A stretch of DNA of 64,000 nucleotides, taken from assembly GCA_964247055.1 (NCBI GenBank), contig OZ176054.1, forward strand, positions 1,860,001-1,924,000, written 5' to 3'. Made by a program: the position numbers and the translations under genes. How positions within the stretch are numbered: position 1 is the stretch's first letter; the number at the start of each line of letters is the position of its first letter. Source of the DNA: Paragordius varius. Its lineage: Eukaryota; Animalia; Nematomorpha. The notes beneath the pieces are model-generated. The model was not told the origin of the DNA. It made no database searches and saw only the letters and a list, made by a program, of their open reading frames with translations. Below, piece by piece: positions 54,155-64,000 of the stretch.

Positions 54155-57100
54155 ATTTATCCAGCTAGGCTTAATAAAAAAATTTTACTATCATGATTTT
54201 AAAAACACGCGTTAACCCAACGAGCAAAACAGCCACAGATTAATAATTGTATAACACTTGGATACAACATATTCATTAAAGTCCTTCGATTCAAATTGGG
54301 GTAGTTGGATATATTAATCCTATTTAAGATCAAATATTGCAAAAATTATGTAAGGAATTAAAACCATGGCTAAAGTTTGCGCCTATATAATATTATTGAA
54401 CCGAAATATAAAAAAATCATTCAAAAATACTTGATATAACTTATTTTAGGGTAAAACCCAAAGGTTAAAATTTAGTCAACCTGACATGTGTGGATTAGCT
54501 AATAAAAATAACACAAATTAAACCATTTTTTCTGTTTCTATCTATGTTAGGTGTGAAAAATTAGCTTTATTAGCTTTAAAATTAAATTAACACGATATTT
54601 TGCAAAAATGATGCAAAACAAAAAGGGCGCCTAAGTAGTTTGATATGGAACTTTTTTTCAAAACTAAATTTTATTGAGATATATCGGCTTATATGTATAA
54701 TTTTTATGATGATAGAAGGATAAATTTAAATTTGGACCGTCAATTGTTAAGGCAGTTATGAATATAATGATATGGAATTGCTATGCTATTAAGTGGTATT
54801 ATGTTTTAGTTTATAACTCATTATAACGCCGACATTGCGTCTGAAAGCGATATGATCACAAACTCTTCATTTTGAGTATTTTCTCATGGAAATTTCAAAT
54901 ATAATTTCAAAATGAATCTATGATATTAGATTAGATATAAAAAAATTCATTTTATAGCCTTTCACACAATAATAATTCAATAAAATATTTAAACCCTTAT
55001 CTAGATATTTTTATTCCTTTTAATGTAATTTTATATCCCAGAACGAAATTATATCTTAAAAAGTATTTAAGTTATTAGGCCGAATCAAATAATATTTTAG
55101 CCATTTAGGCGCATAAAAGTTTTTTTATAAAAATGTTAAATTGTACAAAACTTCTCATCTCAAGCTTCGCCGCCATTTTTACTTTAAATTATTTATATCG
55201 CTAAAACAATAGGCAAATAAAGGATATATTGTTTTATGTAAATAATTAACTTTTAAATGCTTTAAAGTTACTTTTTACTGCGACTTGATTACATTGATTC
55301 TAAAATCAGCTGTTTAGTTTAATCGTGTTTAAGAGCTGTAATTTTGGACTTTAGAAGTCACAATGTAAAAATGATGGTTTTTCTCTTATACAGGTGAATA
55401 ATGAACAATTAAATTCTAACTATAATAACCTTCAAAACTGTATTTTACTTATGAGATTGAGCTTTGGGATAAAAAACTACCCCAATATAGCATTGCGGAC
55501 AAAAAAGTGAAAATGTCATAAAAAGTTTAAAATATGCTATCCATAGCTTTTAACGCATATAATTTAAAAAAATATTAAAAAATAAAAATATGAAAAATTC
55601 TTATTTTCCACTTTTTCGTCGCCATTTTATTTGGATTTTTTAAATCTATTGTGCAATAGGAAAAGTATATATATGGCTTAACATATAAACTTTAGAAAGC
55701 TTTCAGGTTACATTTTACCAGCAAATACTTGATATTTATTACAATATCAATTTGTTTCAATATAGACCGAATTAAGAACTCAGAAAGGAAATATATAAAA
55801 AATATAAACTTTTATATTTAATACAGCATTAAATAATTAAAGTTTTACCAAAACAACTCTCAAAATAGTAGTTTATTTATATGTTTAAGCTCTGTGGTTA
55901 AAAAAATAGACCAATATGAATGGTTAAAGAAATAAAAAGGCAATAAAGCGTTAAATAGTAGAAAATGGCATCTAAAAATGTATTATAATAAATCACATAA
56001 TCTTATGCGTTAGAATATGTTTCAGCAAATTTCACAATTTGTTAATTTCAGCTGTTTGTTATGAATTTAACTGTGATCCCGTGAAGGCTATGCTGTGAAG
56101 GGATTGGGAGTCGTGTGCAGACTGAAACTGTCAAGTCAAATTGATTTTTCACCCCTAATACTGATATTAATGCTATCCAAATTAACTCTTACGAAAAATA
56201 ATGATGATCAAATTATGGTTAAAAACCTTTTAGTATTTATTTTTGATCCAATATGCTTTGGAATAAGTATCATTAAATATAAAATCATGGAAAAAAATAA
56301 TGAATATTACTTAGATAATATTCTATAAGTTTAATCCCTAAAAATAATTTCCGAAGGTGCACTATTCGCTAAAATATTATGTTTCATCAATACATTTTAA
56401 TATAATCTTGGATAGCCTATCTCAGGCGATTAAGTTCAATATTGCAGAGACGGCACCCTAACGGGTGGAGTGATACAAAAGCATACTTAGCAAAAAATTT
56501 TATCACCATCATGGAGCATACCGGGCTTACCAAAGTTTATAAGAAACATAAATTTCTTTTGTTGCAATTACACAAAATCTTTTGATTATTTTGTTGGATT
56601 AAGATTTTTGCGCATATGGTCAAATTATAAAACTTAATTTATTGGTCAAGTTATTTAAGGTATATTCTACACCTTCGTTATTATATGATGCACAGCCCTT
56701 GAGACAAAAAAATCTTATCCAGTCAATTTTTTTGTGAGCTACACTGATATAGATATTTCTAGAGAAAAAATATGATATGATGTTTTTAGCATAATATTAA
56801 AATATAAACAATCAAACAGTCGCTTTTTGCAAGCGACATTTTAACATTGAATCTCCAAGAATACAAATTTATTACTATCAATATGTTTTGTTTTGGTTCG
56901 CTTAAATTTTTTTTAGATGATTATCTTTGAGTACATAGCGAAACGTGTCATATTAGCTCTCTCCCTATAATATAGTGTTTTTTAAGATTATTCTAATTGG
57001 TTTGACCAAAGCAACCCTTAAAAGCCATCTAAATTTATATTTAATAGCGTTACTTTTGATTCTTATAAAATGCCAAAATTCAAACAACCCTTGCGCTATA

Positions 57101-57933
57101 AATTTTTGGATATCAACTTTGAGAGGGTTATATATATTTAATTAAATTACAATATATATATATATATATATATATCTATATATTATATTTAAATTTCTAT
57201 GTAAACAACAAACAAAAATAAATTATTTTTTATTAATAAAATTTTTTAAAGAACATTTTCCACTTTACCTGTAAAAAAGGACAAGGAAGGGAAAATTGAA
57301 AGTGACACTTTGCAAGTGTAGGCATAAAAAGTGAAAAGAACAACCAACAATGGTTAATTTATTATTATATTGTTATTCATCTTTTCAAATTTCATCCACG
57401 GCAATATATTATGGAAAAAATTATTATATATATGTGCATATTCATTGTTTGTTTAAGGAAAAAGGCATGGCATGTGAATAAAAAAACTTTTAGATTCATG
57501 GATATATATATATTAATTTTTTTTAATATAAAATATACTAATTCAAAACTTTCATGTTTTCATGGAATTTCTCGATTTTCGATTTCGCGATCTTTTTAGC
57601 TTAGCGCGGTAATGATTATAATTTTCACTTTTACTTTTATTAACTCTCTCCTCCTTAATGAGTTGTAACAACGAAATATTTTATAGTTTTTATATTAATG
57701 CCTAGTTAAATGCCATTTTACGATAAAAACAGGTTAAAACAACTTTACTTAAAAAATTAAATAATTTAATGGATGATATTAATTGAAATATGTATGGTAA
57801 AACGCGCTTTTGGCATTACGAAATGTCAATATACTCTCCACCAACGTAATTCATATTCTGGTATATTGTTAAATGGCTCTCAATAAATAATGAGAAAATT
57901 TGATTTTCAACACTGGCTGCATCATTGCAAAAA

Positions 57934-60900
57934 ATGATTTCAATCAACTACAAATATTCAATTTTCTTAATACACATTAATACCTATTTACATGTAATCT
58001 TCCTGTTCGTTCCAAATATGTTTTGGGTTTTTGCCTATGGCTTGGAACAAAATACATCTCCTCTTCCCCAAATTTATCAAGAAATAACTAACCAAAAGAA
58101 TGCAATCGATCCTTTAAAAAATCCTTTTCCCGCAAAATATATCACGCGGAATGATGCTAAAAAATCAAATTCCACGGCAGATGCAGCTCTGAGACCATGC
58201 AAAATATTAGACGCCAACATCCAAAATTCGAATAATATGTATAATATAGGTCAAAATTTCGACATGTGCCCAATCGATAGTGTCTGTATACGTAATCATT
58301 CCTATCAGCAAACTATGATTGAATATCAAATTAATAACCATAGAGGTCATAAAGTTGTAAATCATACAAATGCTAATGAAAAAACCCAGACATTTATATC
58401 ACCTAACCTAGAATCTCAAACTAAAAAATGGGATACCGGATATTGCCGAAAGTAAATTAGCAAGTTTTACTTTTTTTTGAATTATATGACAATTCTTTTT
58501 TTTTAAAGAAAAAAATCAAATTTTAAATGCACACATTTTATGTAATATTTCAGAGTCACCACAATAAAAGAAAATGCACATCCAGTATCAATAAATATGC
58601 GAATGTTGGATCCACAAACATGGCAACCGTTAAGCCAAGTGGAATACAAAAAATGGGTTATCTTAGAGATTTCGACTTCTGGTACCTTTTTAAAAAACAA
58701 ATAATCTTTGAAATATAAAACAAAATTATTTACAGTCTTTTATAATATTACAATCTTTTCCCAATATTAACATCATACTTAATTTTTGAATTTTTATATA
58801 GTTGTGCCAAAATTATTCTTTCAATGTTGTCATTTAAAGTCTTGGAGTAAAATGAAATATTTAACATGTCCTACTGTTACTTTATAAATTTAATGTGCCG
58901 TTTTAATTAATTTTATACAATCTAGAATTTTCAATTTATGGTTCTATATTTAATCCAATTAAGCTCTAAAACATCCTTATAATCACCTCGATTGTATGAA
59001 AATACATAGCTTATGATCCGCATCGAATGACTCTAAATTATATTTTTTTTATAAATTTTTTGCCACAATAAAATAAATATTCTACGGCTACGTTTTTTAA
59101 AAAATTTTCTTTTATTATGAGGGCCAAAATACCCACACAAAACATACCAGATGGAAAGCAACTTTAAACGGTTTTAATTTTGAAAGCACTTTATTCCGAA
59201 TCTGAAAGATGATTAGTTTGATTTAATTACTTAATGAACGTTTTATTTTTAGAAGTCGTCATAAAGAGGGTTCTTATAGATATACTTAAGAAATCTATAA
59301 TAGCCCTTTTAGCCAATTTTTTATAAAATGTTGATTTTTTTAGAAATGGGATATGAATTGAGCGCTAGGAATTGTAATGTTACAATCAAAAATCCAAATT
59401 TTTCAGAACTTATCAATAATTTTTCCACTAGACAACCTACAGAAGATGCCAATATAATTGAACCGCTAATAGATTCAAATGGGTAAAATATAAATATTTT
59501 GGTTGTATATGAATTATAGTTAATTCCACGTATATAAATATCAGGTGTAGACATAAGTTTTTAAAGGTTTTTTGGTATAAAACATGTAATTTTAAAATTA
59601 ATTATTCATTTTTTTAAAAATATTTATCGGCTTCTACACATTTTGCCACTCTCATGTCATATATAAATTTCCGTCTCCCAAAAACTGATTGATATTTCTG
59701 GTAAAACATTCCTTAAGCCATTTTCCAACGTCTTCAAAATTATTGGCTGCTCGGCGAGTGTATGCCGCATTGATGCGAAGTTTTGTTATATAAATGGCGC
59801 CTGGTCAAGAGAGTTAGTGGATGCGAAATTTTTTCCCATCCACACGATTTCAAAATGTTTACAGGAAGAATTCATGTCCAAACATTTGCCATGTCTTCTG
59901 TTCCAATCGTTTTTTGATTAAAGCATGGTTTGAATTAATCATTTATTGGCAATAGCCTTGTATATTATCGATTTTACTGAGCTTTAAATGTTCATTATAC
60001 TCACGTGATTTGGTCCCACCATACACAGAGCGTTGGTGTTTATCGACCGGCTTGGCAAGGTGAAAGCCACGATATTTCCGCTTTGGATATGGAAAATAAA
60101 GCCATTTCACATCCCCAATTCGATTCAAAAATGATTTCCTTCATGGCGTTAAAGCAGGATTTCACAAGCCTTTTTGTAATTTCGATTTGACGTTTTCAAA
60201 TTGTGTGGGGCTTATTTATTGATTTTATATGTTTTTATGCTCGTATTGTGTGTTTTTTGTGATACAATTAATGCCAATTATTGTTATGTTTTTTCGTCAT
60301 CATCCAATAAATTTTGCATTTTAGCATCTGCGGTTGTGCGGCCTCGCACTTTTTCACACGAAATCCCAAAATATTACTAGACCATGTCTCACATTAATCG
60401 AAGAGCATGTTTGCCATATGTTTCTGCCAGCATATGATAATTTTCAACAGCCTTTTTCTTTGATAGCAATGCATGCCGCTGATATCTTTTTTAGGCACAA
60501 AATTCGACATGATTGCTGAATGATAAAAATAAGAAGCTAGTTATTGGCGAACTCAACTTGTATGTTAATTTATTAAATCAGATGAACAAAATAGGGTATG
60601 TATCAAATTCGTCAGTTTACTTTTCGCTGTCATCTTTTCTTAGTTAAACCGTAATTTTTTATGATTACACCTGGTATATTTATAAAAAAAGAATTTTCTA
60701 ATTTGGAATATTGTCCTACGACACATAATAACAGTAATATGATTTTATATTTTTGTGACATTAAAAGCTACTTTAATTTTAATAAATTAGATATTAAAAT
60801 TGCAATAATATTATACAATAAATTTTTTTATTAAATACAAGGGTATAATTTAACACACAGTTTTATAAAAAAAAATTAATTTAGTTATCCGAAGACAATA

Positions 60901-62393
60901 TTTATTGCACATTTATTTATAGATGCCCTATTCAACCAGAAATTTTTGATTCTTTTACTTCATCGCTTACTGACGTGTTGCGAATGACAAATGTCGAAAA
61001 TCACAAAATTCGAAAAATACTAGGCAAAATAAATAAGGATAAAAACCAAACTCAAACCACAATTTATTCAGCATTTAAAGCTTTCACCTTCCCAGATATT
61101 TCGAAGCTTTCGTTCCAATGTTCAGTTAAAGCGTGTCTTGGTTCATGTCACCATAATATAACCACATCCAATCAATCAAAAGTAAAATATTAAAATTTTT
61201 AAATGATTGTTCTTGACTACAATAATATACCATTTACAATCCAAATTCACCCTTGAACAATTCAAATTCACCCTAAAAATAAATTATATAATTTCGGTCT
61301 AATATAACTCATCATTAAAATAAAATATATTTTTATGGCAAAGTTTATTATTTTTTCATTATTATTTTGATTACATATTTCTTTTTTTAAAATTTTAAAA
61401 AAAATATAGGTAATTTTTAATCTTAAAAACACAATTTATTTTAGGGTAAAATTAAATTGATTGAATGTGAATTTAAATTGTTCAAGGGTAAATTTAAATT
61501 GCTCAAGGGTGAATTTGAATAGTTTAAGGGTGAATTTGATGTAAATATTATATATTTAATCGTTTCCCCTATTAATAATAGAATTAAATATTTTTTGTTT
61601 CACGAACACAAAAATATATTACTTTAAAGTATACAATTCATATTCACCCTTAAACAATTCAAATTCACGCTTATACAATTCATATTCACCCTCGAATTCA
61701 ATCAAATAAAATATATGTTTTTAAGGTTAAAAATTACCTATATTTTTGTATATTTTTAAAAAATAAAATTTTGTTTTAAATTTCATAAGAATAATAAAAT
61801 ATACCATAAAGATATATTTCATATTAATAATGAGTTATAATAGTATAAAAATATCTCTTTTATTTTTATCGTGAATTTGAATTGTTCAAGGGTGAATTTG
61901 AACTGTAAAGTTATAAATATTATGCGAATTTAGTGTCGTATATTTTTGATATGTATATTGTAACTTATTTAATAGTTAATTATACCCTGTCTGCAATAAA
62001 AGTAGTAAAAACTATATAAGTTTTTTTAGATCATACAAATTTATAAAAAATATATGTTGGATTTGACCTTACATACTACATAGTTCATATATTTTTTGGG
62101 GGTATTTATACTTTTAGAATATGTGCTTTTCTCAAACAAGGCCTTTGAGTCGTCAAAGTAGACACCTCACTCAAAACAAAACCATAATCCAAAAACTCCG
62201 TTCAAATCCTAACCTTAAAAACTATACCCAAAATAATTTACAATCTGTGCAAAAGTTGAATGGTAAAAGCTCCAAAAATCAATTATGCATTTACCAAAAC
62301 GTTTTTAACGTTTTTATAACGGTTTGGAGTTTTATGCTCCTCAATATACTTGTGTTGCCATCACTTATAATTTATATTAAAACAAATAAATAG
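57934..62393 (+). CDS. Signal peptide + small Cys module + ZP-C (cuticlin-type) domain + basic cleavage motif + C-terminal TM; 439 aa
   Basis: Exons 57934-58451, 58554-58681, 59344-59482, 60923-61181 and 62118-62393 total 1320 nt with all phases matching. ZP-C motifs: VSINMRMLD, SARNC, LIDSNGCP, FKAFTFPD..LSFQCSVKACLGSC; then RQSR and a hydrophobic C-terminus. Confidence 0.85.
59541..60674 (-). mobile_element. Decayed Mos1-like mariner transposon in ZP-gene intron 3
   Basis: TA|TCAGGTGTAG..TACACCTGG|TA TIRs. Transposase remnants: MSNFVP, MQNLLDDD, KSFLNRIGDVKW..PKRK, GWEKISHP..DQAP..FASMRHTLAEQ, with many frameshifts. Confidence 0.9.
61230..61550 (+). mobile_element. Foldback MITE family F, copy 6
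   Basis: TATA|CCATTTACA left end, the family core, and a decayed right arm. Confidence 0.85.
61632..61910 (-). mobile_element. Foldback MITE family F, copy 7
   Basis: 21-bp repeats and core in the opposite orientation, about 80 bp downstream of copy 6; both termini are degraded. Confidence 0.8.
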
Positions 62394-63057
62394 ATAAAAA
62401 TAAATGATTGATTGATATATTAATCTATGTAACTTTAAAGGTAAATTCAATTTCAATCAATACATATTGATACAGCATATATTAAAACTATAAAGCCAAA
62501 TTTAATCTAAAAGACCAAACTTTTTTTATAAAACACGGCCATACTTTTTCAAATTCCCACATACATTAAAGTACAACTTTAAATTATAGTATTAACAATT
62601 CGCAATTTTATTCATTATTTTGCGACCCAAAACAATGAGTCATATCTAAAAAATGAAGGTTTAATACGCATGATTGTCTTTTTTTAAAAATATTTGTCTT
62701 TTAGTTTTCACATAAGTCTGTATAATATTAATTATTTTTAGCTGTATTTTTAATATAATCGACGCGTGTGTAAACGACAGTCGGAACACACATAATTTGT
62801 TAACTTCATCCGGCAAGTCCAACAAAATATTATGTAATTTTTAGTGGAATCCGCGCTAAGGTTAAATTGTGGGAACCATTTTGACGCATTGAAATCTAAA
62901 ATGTTTTTTATAATTTTTCACACAAAAAACTATTCATATAACACAGCCTCCAAAATTGGGGGTATAAAAATAACCTTATGATGCATCAGGCTTATTATGG
63001 TGCTTTTGGTTTTGGCCCTTATGAGTGATTTAATAAAGTTATTACAGCTCCATATCA

Positions 63058-64000
63058 GAAAATGGCGAAATTGGTGCACATTTTTTTAAAAAATTTTCTG
63101 GTGAAAGCTAAAGGCTTCATTCCAAAAAATATCAATCAAATATATCATAATACATATAAAATGCAAAACAATATTTCCTAAAAATTTTAATTTTTAGAGT
63201 TAGGCTACTAACCCAAATTATTTTATTCTTCTAAAATGAGCTAGTCCTCTTAAAAAAACGCAAAAATGCGGGGATTGCGCGATTAAAATTTTGAATATAT
63301 GCTAAATTTTGGCATCAACCAAAAAGTATTTTTAAAAAGGATTATTTTTTTCCAAAATTTAATTTTTAGCCAAATTCTGTTGAAACGTACTTTATACTTT
63401 TTGAGTCATGATGGAAAAAACATATAAAATAAAAACTCTTGACTATATAACTCAGTGATGCTAAACATTTCTATCAAATCAAAATTTTGTGATTAAAACA
63501 TTAGTTTGCCTTCAAATTTATTTGTGTTTTCTAACAAAAAATCACCAAAATATTTAGGCACACGAATGTTTAATTTAAAATTCTGAAGCGGTAGAAATGT
63601 TCAGGATCATCAAATTATATGGAAAAAGTGTTTTTATAATCTAAAAGCGTTTTTATACCGCTTCCATTAAAAGTAGTTTGAAGTACGGTTTAACAAAATT
63701 TTGCTAATTAATTTTTTGAATAAAGTATGCATTTTAAAAAAAAATATTTTTAGTTGATTATAAATTTAGCATATATTTAGTTCTTGCAATCCCGGCAGTT
63801 TTGCGTTATTTAAAAAGAACTAGCTCATTGTAGAAGAGTAAAAATTTGGGCACTCGGAGCCCAACTCTAAAAATTAATTTTTTTGAAATATTTTGCTTTT
63901 TATATGCAGTTTATGATATATTTTAGTGGTGTTTTTTGGAATTAAGCCTCTAGCCTTCCCCTGAAAATTTTTTTAATGCGCAAATTTTGCCATTTTTTGA
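63058..64000. mobile_element. Large inverted-repeat (foldback-like) element; right end at or beyond the window edge
   Basis: An arm of about 250 bp at 63058-63310 (AAAATGGCGAAATT..GAGCTAGT..GCGGGGATTGC..ATATGCTAAATTT) is mirrored at ~63765-64000. Confidence 0.75.

Noticed and set aside
56105-56140. GTGCAGACTGAAACTGT, resembling the tRNA-Sec anticodon arm
   Set aside because: No acceptor, D or T arms and the wrong anticodon.
60325-60600. Plus-strand frames resembling ZP exons (LTLIEEH, NKIG|GT)
   Set aside because: They lie inside the antisense mariner. The exon at 59344-59482 already supplies LIDSNG|CP in the correct phase.

Overview
Strongly AT-rich genomic DNA from an intron-containing animal. 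An invertebrate, possibly an ecdysozoan, is inferred from the cuticlin-type ZP gene; the species cannot be determined from sequence alone. I assembled nine spliced protein-coding genes by hand from splice sites, phase and homology: FAM13-like (+, 5'-partial), quinone oxidoreductase-like (-), PPME1 (+), cathepsin L (-), HYKK (-), COX11 (+), CWF19L1 (-, 5' part unresolved), FDPS (-) and a ZP-domain membrane protein (+). There are two RNA genes, U5 snRNA (-) and tRNA-Arg(CCT) (-). Introns and intergenic DNA hold many decayed transposons: three hAT elements with transposase remnants, a Mos1-like mariner, RTE LINE fragments and several MITE families. One foldback MITE with 21-bp subterminal tandem repeats has 7 copies. 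The most notable observations are a U12-type AT-AC intron in PPME1, a possible 23-nt intron in CWF19L1, a ZP protein with ZP-C but no recognisable ZP-N, a FAM13 RhoGAP domain whose arginine-finger loop appears replaced by a long insertion, and large loop insertions in several housekeeping enzymes. Exon coordinates were hand-derived and may be off by a few bases. All homology calls are from recalled family motifs; no database search was run.
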